From Thermoanaerobaculia bacterium (GTDB lineage Bacteria; Acidobacteriota; Thermoanaerobaculia; Multivoradales; Multivoraceae), in assembly GCA_963664405.1 (NCBI GenBank), contig OY761158.1, positions 554,038-618,037 on the forward strand: a DNA stretch of 64,000 nucleotides, given 5' to 3'. A program made the translations under genes and the position numbers. This document shows, in pieces, positions 1 through 9,286 of this stretch; within the stretch, counting starts at the first letter, position 1; every line of letters starts with the position of its first letter. Below the pieces are notes generated by a model. It was given only the letters and a program-made list of their open reading frames with translations, was not told where the DNA came from and did not search any database.

Positions 1-336
1 GTCGGGGCTCAGCAACAAGGCTCTGCCACGGCGTGAGCCAAGCAGGGCCAGGAAGCGAAACTCCTGATCGACTCGCAGCCGCAGAACAGCCGGACCGCCT
101 CGCCGAAGGAAGAGCTCGACCTCGGGGTAAGTTACTTGTGTAGCCTCGGCGTCGACACCGAGCCACTCACAAGCGGTCTCGGTCCACAACGCTACTTCCG
201 CCGCGTCGTCAGGGTTGAAAGAAGCGGGAGGGTCCTCGACCTTCTGGCGCGAGAGCCCAGATCGAAAGGTCATCTCGCGAAGAAGCTCTCCGAGCCTTGC
301 CGCCGGCCACGTCGCCTCCCAGGGGCCGACGATCAC
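1..336 (-). CDS. ABC-transporter-like protein with degenerate C39-like N-terminal domain (5' part only, runs off window)
   Basis: Minus-strand frame is open from GTG 336-334 to position 1. It is absent from the ORF track because there is no stop in the window. GTGA overlap with the reconstructed stop of the upstream C39 ABC gene. ...PAVLRLRVDQEFRFLALLGSRRGRALLLSPD parallels LPAIVVTSLPNGSTHFVVAWRRHGSYLQVMDP of the 902-aa transporter. Confidence 0.4.
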   Translation of the reverse strand, partial: MIVGPWEATWPAARLGELLREMTFRSGLSRQKVEDPPASFNPDDAAEVALWTETACEWLGVDAEATQVTYPEVELFLRRGGPAVLRLRVDQEFRFLALLGSRRGRALLLSPD

Positions 337-396
337 CCCCGGCCCTCCTCCCCCGCGATCTCGCGCAACCCACCTCGCTCCAACCAAAGCCGGCGC
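333..396 (-). other. Displaced 3' end of the C39 ABC transporter gene (19 codons + stop), plus left copy of the GGCGC target duplication
   Basis: Removing 397-5799 joins ...NEMWSGARWR in frame to RLWLERGGLREIAGEEGRG-TGA (stop 335-333). GGCGC is present at 392-396 and 5795-5799. Confidence 0.65.
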
Positions 397-444
397 TGTT
401 ACCGGCTACGAGAAAGCGCACTTAGGGTCGGCGCGGAAATAACT

Positions 445-2273
445 TCACATTATCGCCGGAGCGTGTGAGGCCGAGGCGCCACAGGGCGGTCGCTGCATTG
501 GAGGTGGTGGTGAGCTGAGCCCAGGCTGTGGGGCAAGCTCTTCCTGCTCGGTTCGCGGTCTCGGCGAGAGGGTGTAGTTCCACTTTCCTAGGAAGTCGCT
601 CCTGGCCACCGCGAGCTGCAGCATTTCCTTGTCCGATACCCTGACTCCTTTCTGGTATTGGCGTTGATCACGGCACGGCTCGACGCGCAGTCCGGTGGAT
701 GTCGTCGTGTTGCGGACGAGGTTGACGAGGATCTCGAAACTCTCGAGAGGAACTCCGGCCCAGTTCTTGCTGATCTCGCTGAACATCCTGTGCTCGATGG
801 GATTCCATTTACTGGTGCCAGTTGGATAGTGGGCGACGGTGATGATGAGGCCGCACTTGTCTACGAGCTTCTCCTGGAGGTACTTCTTCCAGGCTCGAAG
901 CCGTGCGCCGTTGCTTGCGCCGCTGTCGGCAAGAATGAGGAGACGCTGAGACGCCGGATAGTGAGATCGACCGTATTTGAGCCACCAGGTCGCGATGCTG
1001 TTGACAGCGAACTCCGGCGTGTCCGACGACTGTCCGAGGACGAGAACGCCGAAGTTCCTCTGAAGATCGTAGATCCCATAGGGGGAGGCGATGGCGAGAG
1101 CTTCGGACCGGAAGTCGTGATCCTTGACCCGCTTGGCCTCGCGGCACCATGTCTGTCCCTGGTTCTTGAACCGACCGATCAGCTCCTTCTTCTTCGTATC
1201 GACGCTGATGATCGGGTCGCCAGCGCTTGTGAAATCCTCGCGCAGTCGCTTGATGGCCTTGAACTGTGCATCACGATCTGGGGAGTTCCCCGAAGACAGA
1301 CATTTCCTATTGCTCTTGAGGGAATAGTTCAGGTCTGCGAGCAATCGACGCACCACCGTAGCCGATACGATGATGTCAAGGCGTTCGGCAAGGCATTGGG
1401 CCACCTTTGCAGCGGTCTCGTGCGTCCATCTTTTTGATGACATGGGATCACCAGCTATATCGGCCTCGAGTATGGAATGGATTCCATCGACTATCTCGGG
1501 CGTTTTTTTTCCACTCGTTGGTTGCCACCGCCTGCTCTTCGAACTCTTCCGCGCTCCACGGAGCCGCCGAAGAGCTCGCGACGTCCTTTTGCGACTGTAT
1601 GAGGGTCCAGGTCCAGAAGATCGGCGATCTTCCGGTCGCCGCCATGCCCGAGCTTGGTCGCTTCCAGGCCAGCGAAGAGCCGCCGCTGGCGTTCGTCTAG
1701 CAGGCTGAAGAATAAAACGATGGCAGCCCTGAGCTCCTCGGGGAGCACTTCTGGAACGAGGCTGGCAGCTACATCCTGGAGAGCCTGCCGTTCGTTGCGC
1801 ATCAGCTTCTGCTGACGACGGCGCCCTGTTTCCGAGCACAAGTATACGAACCTCTTCCCAACTCTGGATCGTACGATTCTCTTGCGACGAACGAGGTGCA
1901 ACATCGCGTGCTTGACCTCGACCTGCAGCAGGAGCTCGAGTTCAGAAGCCGTATAGCCGGCAGCGGACCGGTCCACGGCAGCCACCGCAGTTTCGAGGAG
2001 GCTGCCATGCCGACTGAACCTCGCCGAACCGCACGACCACAAACCCAGATCGTCGAAATCGGGAATCTCGTTCAAGGTATAGAACCGCCCTCGATCCGAG
2101 TAGCTGGCCAAATAGCCCAATCGAGACAGCGAACGGTAGACCGTCATGGTGGCTCGGGTTCCCATGGCGTCCTTGAGCTCATCCATGGTGGCCATCTGTT
2201 CGCTCATCAAGAGCTCGCGCACTGTTGCATCACGATCTTCGGCTCGTACCATTTGGTATAGTTCCCCTTCCAA
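445..2273 (-). CDS. ISAzo13-family (Rhodopirellula-type DDE) transposase in two overlapping frames joined by a -1 shift at an A8 run
   Basis: ORFs 1491-2273 (...GGGNQRVEKKRPR*) and 445-1839 (...SGKKTPEIVDGIHSILEADIAGDPMSSKRWT...ISVDTKKKELIG...ADSGASNG...WNPIEHRMFS). The downstream frame is -1 relative to the upstream one. The junction is GTG GAA AAA AAA CGC. Confidence 0.85.
1503..1510 (-). promoter_or_regulatory. A8 homopolymer, candidate -1 frameshift / transcriptional slippage site (or inactivating indel)
   Basis: T8 on the plus strand at 1503-1510, lying in the overlap of the two transposase frames. Confidence 0.4.
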
Positions 2274-2356
2274 AAGAGGTGACAGGGAAAACTATACCAA
2301 ATGCGGGCAGGGCTATGCTAGCTCTAAACCTTGCAAACAAGGCGCGTACCGGAGGA

Positions 2357-2770
2357 TTATGCGGTGGCTGAAGAAGGGGGCAGTGGTATGGTCACCCCAG
2401 ATACTGGAAACTTATTTCCGCGCCGACCCTTAGTTGGCTGCGAGTCGGTTTTTTGTCCCCGCGAGGCGTGACTCAGGGTGTGGCGCAGATAGTCGAGGTA
2501 CCCCTCGGGGGGTGGCGTCGTGGGGAGTTCTCGGAGGATGGGGAGAAAGTAGGCGAGGGATCGGATGGGCTGGAGCTTTGGTAGGCGCGGATCTCGGCAT
2601 GCGCGTCGGGCGGAGCCGAGGAGGAGGGCGGCCTGGAGGACGGTGAGAGGCAGGTCTTGGTCGAAGAGCTGGTCGACGATGACGCGGTCGCCGTGGTGGA
2701 AGCGGTGCGGGGTGTCGGGAAGGAGTCGATAGAGGCGGAGGAGCTGGCGCCGATAGTGGCTTCGGGTCAT
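2357..2770 (-). CDS. IS21 accessory ORF downstream of istB (3' end altered by the ISAzo13 insertion)
   Basis: ATGA overlap with the istB stop. Identical to 42324-42680 up to ...SRGQKTDSQPTK, then runs into ISAzo13 sequence. Confidence 0.45.
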   Translation of the reverse strand: MTRSHYRRQLLRLYRLLPDTPHRFHHGDRVIVDQLFDQDLPLTVLQAALLLGSARRACRDPRLPKLQPIRSLAYFLPILRELPTTPPPEGYLDYLRHTLSHASRGQKTDSQPTKGRRGNKFPVSGVTIPLPPSSATA

Positions 2771-3576
2771 GAGCGTCGTCGTGCTGCGCTCCGCCTTTTG
2801 GCGCGGTCCTTGGCCTTTTTTTCAGCAGCCTCCTTGGCCTCCTTGCGGCGATAGGAGTTAGCCTCGATCTTGACGATCTCGGCGTGGTGGGTGAGTCGAT
2901 CGACGAGAGTGACGACGCAGGAGGCGTTGGGAAAGACCTCGGCCCATTCGGCGAAGGGCTTGTTGGTGGTGAGAAGAATGGGCTTGTTGCCGTATCTCCT
3001 GGAGACGACCTCGAAGAGGAGATCCGCGTGGCGGTGGTCGTAGGAGAGATAGCCGAGCTCATCGATTGCCAAAAGCGAGGGTCGGGTGTATTTGGAGAGC
3101 CTTCTCTGGAGCGCCGAGGGGGTTTCCTGGACGGCGAGATCGTTGAGCATGTCGGAGGCGGTGACGAAGCTGGCGGTGGCCCCTCGTTGCAGCGCCTGGT
3201 AGAGGAGGTTCTTGGCAATCATGGTCTTGCCGACACCGTTGGGTCCGAGGAGGATGACGTTGGTGATGTCGTCGAGGAATTGGAGGGTGAGCAGATCCTG
3301 GATCTGCTCGCGGTCGATGCGCTGGGGCCAGGAGAAGTCGAAGTCGGCGATGCTCTTGAAGAGCCCGACGCGGCTGGTGCGGATGCGCCGTTCGAGGCTG
3401 CGCCGTTTGCGCTCGGCCTCTTCTTTGCGCAGCAGCTGTTCGAGCCAGGGCTGTTCTCGGTAGGTGCCCCAGTCGTCGACGAGGGCGTAGAAGCCGAGGG
3501 ATCGGGCGAGCTCTCGTAGTGGTTCGTCAGGGATCGTTGGACTCTTCCTGGGTCGGGCCATCGTCGTTGCCTCCAA
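2767..3576 (-). CDS. istB: IS21-family helper ATPase IstB
   Basis: Walker A LLGPNGVGKTMIAKNL. DELGYL and LLTTNKPFAEW motifs. 269 aa. Confidence 0.95.
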   Translation of the reverse strand: MEATTMARPRKSPTIPDEPLRELARSLGFYALVDDWGTYREQPWLEQLLRKEEAERKRRSLERRIRTSRVGLFKSIADFDFSWPQRIDREQIQDLLTLQFLDDITNVILLGPNGVGKTMIAKNLLYQALQRGATASFVTASDMLNDLAVQETPSALQRRLSKYTRPSLLAIDELGYLSYDHRHADLLFEVVSRRYGNKPILLTTNKPFAEWAEVFPNASCVVTLVDRLTHHAEIVKIEANSYRRKEAKEAAEKKAKDRAKRRSAARRRS

Positions 3577-5035
3577 GTTGGTCGTAGTCCTCGAGGTTGT
3601 GCGGTCTCACGGAGAGATCTCGCTGTTGGAGCTCCTGGCTGAGCGGCACCGGTAAAGCCGGGGGCTGACCGAGGCCGCGCTGGTGCCGTTCGAGTAGGAG
3701 CCGGACGGACTGGAATCGCGGTGCGTGGTTCAGGAGCGCTTCGCGCACGGCTTTGTCGAGTCGCTGGGGGCCGTACTGGCGCAGGAGTCGGAGCAGGCCG
3801 GCGGTCTGCGTTCCGAGGTTCTCGCCTCGCTCGGCGAGCTGCTGCATCAGCTCTTCGCATCGAGGCACAGCGGAAAACAGCCGATGGAAGCCCCGGTGTC
3901 GTCGGGCCCTGCGTTTGTGAGCGAGGAGCTCCTCGAGGTGTTGAGGATCGAGGATCTGCTCGCCCCGGGAGTACGAGCGAGGGTGCTCGGCGAGGAGCTC
4001 CTGGCCATCGAGGATCCGCACCCGATGCTCGCTGGCGAGGAGCGTGACGGTCCTCTGCACATGACTGTGCGGCACCGAGTAGTCGTTGAGGTCGAAGCGC
4101 ACGATCGGCGTCTTTCTGACCTTGATCTCCAGTCGCAGGTCGGTTTCGAAGTCGTCTCCGGGAAGCTCAAGCAGTCGAGGTCGTTCCTGGGCCAGGGCGC
4201 TTTTCACGGTTCGCTGTCGGTCCTGCGGCCAGGGTCTGCGCTGCGACCTCTGGCACCATTCCAGGACCTGCCGATTCAGACGATCCAAATCGCTCACCGT
4301 TCGGGCGCCGAAGAACGAGCTTCGCAGGAAGCGGATTGCGCGCTCGACGCGGCCTTTCTCATTTCCCCGAGCCACCGCGGCGACGGTGGGAAGGAAGCCG
4401 TAGTGGCTGGCGAAATCGAGCAGCACGGGATGGAAGCGCACCGCGGTTCCCTGCCGCTCGATCACCGCGGTTCGCAGGTTGTCGTACAGAACGGTCCTGA
4501 CGACGCCGTCGACGTAGTGGAAGGCCAGCTGGTGAGCGTGCAAGAAGGTTTCGAGACGAGTGTCGAGGGTGAAGTGCACGAAGACCGTGCGCGAGAACGA
4601 CAGCACGAAGACGAAGGCATAGAGCCGACGATGTGCCCGGCCGACGCGGAGCCGACCGAAGTGGCCCCAGTCGACCTGCGCCTGCTCTCCTGGCAGCATG
4701 CGCAGCGAGAGAAACGCCTCGCGCTGGGGCTTCGGTCGCATCGAGGCCACCAGGTGGCGAAACTGATCCGGGCCTCCTGGATAGCCGCGCTCCACCACCA
4801 TGGTGTAGAGACGGCTCGCCGGCAGTCGTGGGTAGGTCCCGAGCACCTGCTCGATGAACGGCAGGTAAGGATCGATCATCCTCCCTCGTCGCTGCTGGGG
4901 TAGCACGCCGGACTTCTCCAGCGCCCGGCGCACGGTTGAGGGGTGCAGCTGTAGCTGTCGAGCGATCGTGCCGACTTTCCACTTCTCGACCAGGAACAGA
5001 CGACGGATCTCCCCGCGCAGCTGTGCGTCGATCAC
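3527..5035 (-). CDS. istA: IS21-family transposase IstA
   Basis: VIDAQLRGEIRRLFLVEKWKVGTIARQL HTH N-terminus and a DDE core. GTG at 5035 has a GGAG 8 nt upstream. The longest ORF extends to 5098. Confidence 0.92.
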   Translation of the reverse strand: MIDAQLRGEIRRLFLVEKWKVGTIARQLQLHPSTVRRALEKSGVLPQQRRGRMIDPYLPFIEQVLGTYPRLPASRLYTMVVERGYPGGPDQFRHLVASMRPKPQREAFLSLRMLPGEQAQVDWGHFGRLRVGRAHRRLYAFVFVLSFSRTVFVHFTLDTRLETFLHAHQLAFHYVDGVVRTVLYDNLRTAVIERQGTAVRFHPVLLDFASHYGFLPTVAAVARGNEKGRVERAIRFLRSSFFGARTVSDLDRLNRQVLEWCQRSQRRPWPQDRQRTVKSALAQERPRLLELPGDDFETDLRLEIKVRKTPIVRFDLNDYSVPHSHVQRTVTLLASEHRVRILDGQELLAEHPRSYSRGEQILDPQHLEELLAHKRRARRHRGFHRLFSAVPRCEELMQQLAERGENLGTQTAGLLRLLRQYGPQRLDKAVREALLNHAPRFQSVRLLLERHQRGLGQPPALPVPLSQELQQRDLSVRPHNLEDYDQLGGNDDGPTQEESNDP

Positions 5036-5039
5036 GCCC

Positions 5040-5435
5040 CTATCTCCGTCGGCAACGACGAAAGCTCGTTCGCACAAACTCTCGGCAGGCCTCTCCACAC
5101 TGCATGCATCGCGGATTCCTCGGGTCGTAGCGCACTTCGCGCCTCGGAGTCTCGATCCGACACAGTGTCCTCCCCGAAGTACCGCCTGGGGTACCCTGAT
5201 GCGTCACTTTCTCTGCCCGCTCGCGCTGGCGCCGACGGTAGCGGGCCTGACGGGCGGCATGACAATGCCGACCTCGGAGGCTTCGCTGGTACCGATGGCC
5301 GGCCGCCCGAGTCGATTCCCGACGAGCCACCAGAGCACAAGCCCGGCAGTAACGCTGGCCACGGTCACAGTGCGAGCACAGCGAGATACGCCGACGGCAT
5401 CGAGCACAGTCGAAGAGTCGGTAGTCCGGTCGCAT
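5040..5435 (-). CDS. Cys-rich (three CxxC) basic protein encoded upstream of istA inside the IS21 element
   Basis: MRPDYRLFDCARCRRRISLCSHCDRGQRYCRAC... followed by an Arg-rich tail. Its stop lies 2 nt before the RBS-proximal istA start. Identical in both IS copies. Confidence 0.5.
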   Translation of the reverse strand: MRPDYRLFDCARCRRRISLCSHCDRGQRYCRACALVARRESTRAAGHRYQRSLRGRHCHAARQARYRRRQRERAEKVTHQGTPGGTSGRTLCRIETPRREVRYDPRNPRCMQCGEACREFVRTSFRRCRRR

Positions 5436-5732
5436 CGTCGCCTCCCATTCGACGACGACCCCGACTCTCTGCCATACTGCAAGCGCAGCTAATGCTGCGG
5501 TTTGGGGCAGAGCCCGGGGCGTTTTCTACTTCGCTTTCCCGGGCTCTCGCCGTCTCTGGTCGGCCTGCTCTATCAGAGCAGAGCCCGCACTGCAAAGCCC
5601 TACACCGACTCACGCATCTCTTCCGACCGCAAACACGCCGCCGGGACCACGCACCCGGACCGCCGTTCCGGCGGGATGATGCCGCCCTTCCTGAAGAAGG
5701 CCTAGCTTTCCCGCGGTCGCGAAGCCCTCAGC

Positions 5733-8441
5733 TCACTCCATCCCGGAAACTGCGCTCGCAGCCAACGGGATGCGCTTTCTCGCAGCCATCAACAGGCGCC
5801 AACGAGCACCCGACCACATCTCATTCCGTGCCACCTCGTCCGCCGTGAGCAACGCGGCGTAACGACTCTCCGGCTGTCGCGCCAACTCCTCCGGCTTCCC
5901 CTGCTCAACAACTCGGCCACTTTCCATCACCAGCACTTTGTCGAACGCCAGAGTCTGCCGCATGTCATGGGTGACGTAGAGCAGCGTCGCACCACTCCAC
6001 AGTGCCCTACAACGCTGCAAGAGAAGGTTTCGATCGTGTCGATCAACCCCTCGAAATGGCTCGTCAAGCACGACGAGGCGCGCCTCGGGCCTCATCATGC
6101 CGCGCCCCAGCCGCACCCGCTGGCCCTCTCCTCCCGACACCAACCCTCCGCCTTCGCCGAGGGTGGTCTGCATGCCGTCGGGCAAGCTCTCGAGGACCTC
6201 CTTCAGCAACGCCGCTTCGATGACTCCACCGAACCCCTCCCGACGCGCGCTGTAACGAAGGTTCTCTACCAAAGAGCGATTCCAGATCCTCACACCCGGA
6301 TCGACCCACGCGGTATCGGCGCGAAGGCGCTCGAGCCTGGCAGGGCCGAGCGGAGCATCATCGACGAGCAGCTCGCCGGTGGCCGGCCGATACCAGCCGA
6401 GAAGAAGCCCCACCAGAGTCGATTTCCCAGAGCCCGACGGCCCGACAATCGCCACGTGCTCGCCCGCTTGCACCTCGGTCTGAACGTCACGCAAGATCGG
6501 GTGCCCGCCGACCACGACGCCAAGCTCACGCATCCCGATCGTAATCCCTCCACCGAGGCGGCCCTCCACAACATCCTCGGCGCCCGCATCCTCCTCAGGA
6601 GTCGACGCACCCAAGGGCTCGAGCAACCTCAGAGCGACATTGCGCTGCCACGGGTACCGACTCCACAAGGCGGCGATCTCCTGAGCCAGGGCCGGCAAGC
6701 TCAAGGCCCAATAGACGAGTAAGAGTACGGTGCCTGCCGATGCGGAACGCTGCAAATGGGACAGAACAAGAACGACCACCAGTCCAAAACCGACAAACTG
6801 CTGAAGTCCCTGGAGTGAGGCGATCAGGCGCTGCAGCCGAAAACCGGCTCGAGACCACTCACTGACCAGGATCTCGTGCTCTCTTTGCACCACACTCTCC
6901 GCCGAGTGAGCGCGGACCGCGACAAGGCCAAGCAGGCCGTCCAGGTAGAAGCGCGTCAGCGCGCCGGCGTGACTGCGCAAACGAAGATCGCGCTCAACCA
7001 GAGAGCGGTGCGCTAGGAGTGGAATTGCCAACGCTGCTACCGCGGCTCCGATCGCCCATGGCGCGCTGCGTGGGTCGAGCCAGATGATCCCGGCGGTCAC
7101 CAGCACCAGCTCGAAGCTGGCCCTCAGGAGCTGGCCGACCAGAGGCGTCACATTACGCAGCTGATGAATGGCGTGGCTGCGCTCAGCCATGTCCGAGCTC
7201 AAGCGGCTCGAAAAGTAACGCTCGCCCAAGGCGGGCAACTTGCGTAAGAAAGCGATCCGCAGGCGCAGCTCGAGGCGACGACCCAGACGCAATAGACCCT
7301 GCGCAACCGGAAAATCCAGTAGCAGCAGAAGGAAGGCCAGAGAGCCGACCGCCAACACAGCGCCAAGGCGCTGCACCGAAAGTTCCAGCTGAAGCCCGAG
7401 ATCAAGTACCGACCGCAGTAGCAAAGCTTCGAGCAATACCCCGCCCGCCGCCACCGCGGTCGCGCCGATCAGCACCGAAGGCGCCAGCAAACCGTCCTCG
7501 CGTAGAAGCTCCAAGAGCTTCCGTCCCGGACTCGCTCCGGTCTCACGGAGGGTGGCTAAGACACTCTCTGGGGCGACACCCGCGGCCTCGCCCCGCGACT
7601 CTCCCGCATTTGCGCCCGCCCCCTTCTCGCCGTCTCGACGTCCTTTGATCCTGACCAGTAGCGATCCGACAAGAGCAAGATCGCCGCTCTGACCGTCAGC
7701 CCCAGCCTTCGCGGTCGCGGGCCTCACCGACCAATAGGTTTCCGGAACCTCCTCGGCACGCGCGCCTTCGAGAGCCGCCAGAGCCTGGCTACCTGCGTCG
7801 AGTCCCCCGGCCCTCACCAGTGCATCAACCATACGAGTGGACGCATCAAGCAGTGCGATCGACTTCCAGCTCTCATCTTCGAAAGCATGATCCACGATCT
7901 GCGCCCCGCCGCCCTTGGCCACCCCGACCCGATCCAGACGCCGCGTAAGCGCCCCTACGAACTCATCCGACTCGGTCCACTGTCGCCAACCCTCGCTCGG
8001 AACCACGAACTCATGGGCGTAGACCTCTTCGAGAAAGTCTCTCGCATGCACCCAGCGGCGGCCGATGGACGGGTCCATGACCTGAAGGTACGAGCCATGG
8101 CGCCGCCATGCCACAACGAAGTGAGTAGACCCGTTGGGTAGGCTGGTCACAACGATGGCAGGCAGCGCGCGGGCCTCGGGAATCAACAGGTGATCGCGGG
8201 GCACCATCACCTGCTCGGCATCGAGCCCGAGACTGCAGGCCAATTCTTCGAGAGTGTCGATCGAAGTGCCGTCGACATCGGTCTGGCAGGCCTCGCGGAG
8301 GCGGCCATAGCTAGCGTCAATGCCGTAGCCCCCCAGAATTGCCTTGAGCACCGCAGGACCGCAGTCCATGGCGGAGCTCTGGATTACTTCGGGGACAACA
8401 AGCTTCCGGCTTTGAGACTTTGGCAGTCGGGCTACCATCAA
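5733..8441 (-). CDS. Bacteriocin-type ABC exporter with N-terminal C39 peptidase domain (3' end replaced by IS21 sequence)
   Basis: C39 motif QSSAMDCGPAVLKAILGGYG. Six-TM region. Walker A GPSGSGKST, signature LSGGEGQR and LDEP. The last 21 codons (LLMAARKRIPLAASAVSGME) are encoded by the IS21 end at 5733-5794. Confidence 0.9.
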   Translation of the reverse strand: MMVARLPKSQSRKLVVPEVIQSSAMDCGPAVLKAILGGYGIDASYGRLREACQTDVDGTSIDTLEELACSLGLDAEQVMVPRDHLLIPEARALPAIVVTSLPNGSTHFVVAWRRHGSYLQVMDPSIGRRWVHARDFLEEVYAHEFVVPSEGWRQWTESDEFVGALTRRLDRVGVAKGGGAQIVDHAFEDESWKSIALLDASTRMVDALVRAGGLDAGSQALAALEGARAEEVPETYWSVRPATAKAGADGQSGDLALVGSLLVRIKGRRDGEKGAGANAGESRGEAAGVAPESVLATLRETGASPGRKLLELLREDGLLAPSVLIGATAVAAGGVLLEALLLRSVLDLGLQLELSVQRLGAVLAVGSLAFLLLLLDFPVAQGLLRLGRRLELRLRIAFLRKLPALGERYFSSRLSSDMAERSHAIHQLRNVTPLVGQLLRASFELVLVTAGIIWLDPRSAPWAIGAAVAALAIPLLAHRSLVERDLRLRSHAGALTRFYLDGLLGLVAVRAHSAESVVQREHEILVSEWSRAGFRLQRLIASLQGLQQFVGFGLVVVLVLSHLQRSASAGTVLLLVYWALSLPALAQEIAALWSRYPWQRNVALRLLEPLGASTPEEDAGAEDVVEGRLGGGITIGMRELGVVVGGHPILRDVQTEVQAGEHVAIVGPSGSGKSTLVGLLLGWYRPATGELLVDDAPLGPARLERLRADTAWVDPGVRIWNRSLVENLRYSARREGFGGVIEAALLKEVLESLPDGMQTTLGEGGGLVSGGEGQRVRLGRGMMRPEARLVVLDEPFRGVDRHDRNLLLQRCRALWSGATLLYVTHDMRQTLAFDKVLVMESGRVVEQGKPEELARQPESRYAALLTADEVARNEMWSGARWRLLMAARKRIPLAASAVSGME

Positions 8442-8646
8442 AAACCTCCCCTGAGCGGGAGACCCGCTTCCTCGGTCGCTTCCCAGGCACTCTAGAGGGG
8501 ACTGCGGTGACTGTCAAACCCCGATGAAGAAAGAGATTTTCTGACTTCGAGCCAGGTGGAATCTTGGACAGCTCCGACGGCGCTGGGCTAAGATCGCCTC
8601 CGAGCTTCTTGACTACCCTTATACTGGCGTCAAGATCTAGTTAGCT

Positions 8647-9279
8647 ATGACCGACTGGCAACTCACAGATCTCGTCGACTACCTCCGCGGCGCCAGCCAT
8701 GCCGAGACCACGGAGGCAATCAAACAGGATCTCGCGGCCGGGAATCGAGAAGCCCGCGCCGACCTCGACCTCTTCGGCGAAGTCGCAGCGGTGGTAAGCA
8801 CCGACTTCTCCGACACCCCCCCCGAATCGGCCCTTCGAGCGGCAAGAGCCGCCTTCACCCTGACCTCGCCCTTCAGCACCTCGGCACCTCCATTTCTAGA
8901 AACGCAAAAAATAGGGAACTCCGACGCGGCCTCGCAGACCGTCGGTTTGCGCGGACCGGCGAGAGATCACCAAGACCTGCACTTTCGCGGCGCAGGCTTC
9001 GATCTCGAGCTCAGCGTGGACATGCCGACCGAGAGCAGCGACGTCGTGATCGTCGGCCGCCTGTCGAAAGCGGCCTCGCAGCCGTGGAGCATCGATGAGG
9101 TGCCGGCTCTCCTCATCAGCCGCGACGAGCCCCTCGCCTCGACGGTGACCAACCGCTTCGGTGAGTTCCATGTGCAATGTCACAGCGAAGACAGCGTCGA
9201 GCTCCGCATTCTTGTCCCAGATCTTGGCCAGATTCGTATTCCCCTCGAGCTCCCCGAGTCGGGCGACGCCCCGTCCTGA
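8647..9279 (+). CDS. Hypothetical protein, possible anti-sigma factor
   Basis: 210-aa ORF ending 8 nt before the ECF sigma start. No recognisable domain beyond the N-terminal anti-sigma-like helix region. Confidence 0.55.
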   Translation: MTDWQLTDLVDYLRGASHAETTEAIKQDLAAGNREARADLDLFGEVAAVVSTDFSDTPPESALRAARAAFTLTSPFSTSAPPFLETQKIGNSDAASQTVGLRGPARDHQDLHFRGAGFDLELSVDMPTESSDVVIVGRLSKAASQPWSIDEVPALLISRDEPLASTVTNRFGEFHVQCHSEDSVELRILVPDLGQIRIPLELPESGDAPS

Positions 9280-9286
9280 AACACCA

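Larger units (their letters stand above)
425..2429 (-). mobile_element. ISAzo13-family IS nested in the terminal inverted repeat of IS21 copy 1
   Basis: Perfect 17-19 bp terminal IR (A)GGGTCGGCGCGGAAATAA at 424-442 and 2412-2430. Flanked by TTA (or CTTAG) present once in the uninterrupted IS21 copy 2. The length arithmetic is 5398-2008=3390. Confidence 0.85.
397..5794 (-). mobile_element. IS21-family element, copy 1 (3390 bp plus a nested ISAzo13 insertion)
   Basis: istA/istB pair. Ends TGTTACCGGCTACGAGAAAGCGCACTTAGTTGGCTGCGAG and TGTTGATGGCTGCGAGAAAGCGCATCCCGTTGGCTGCGAG match at 32/40 and carry repeated GGCTGCGAG motifs. 5-bp direct repeat GGCGC. All ORF translations are identical to copy 2. 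Confidence 0.9.

Noticed and set aside
658-1437. Numerous long antisense or overlapping ORFs inside clear genes (for example 658-1437, 3725-4903, 2430-3218, 40191-41369, 53444-55000, 57418-58872, 62470-63384, 44079-45284)
   Set aside because: Each lies opposite or out of frame to a gene with strong family motifs. They have low-complexity Arg/Pro/Gly/Ala composition typical of non-coding frames in high-GC DNA.
5165-5848. Long ORFs 5165-5848(+) and 39120-39929(-) (227/269 aa) in the IS21 left region
   Set aside because: They are antisense to the Cys-rich ORF and run across the IS boundary into unrelated flanking DNA (different C-termini in the two copies). They are Pro/Arg/Ser-rich high-GC artefacts.
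8555-8600. ECF-type promoter (GGAAT-N17-CGCT) upstream of the anti-sigma/sigma pair
   Set aside because: The match to the GGAAC...CGTC consensus is weak and one of many possible. It is not supportable from sequence alone.
8442-8646. Search for a GG-leader bacteriocin/NHLP precursor ORF next to the C39 exporter (also 10182-10346 and 11511-11581)
   Set aside because: No short ORF with an RBS and a Gly-Gly leader motif could be read in these spacers. 10188-10347 is occupied by palindrome H1.
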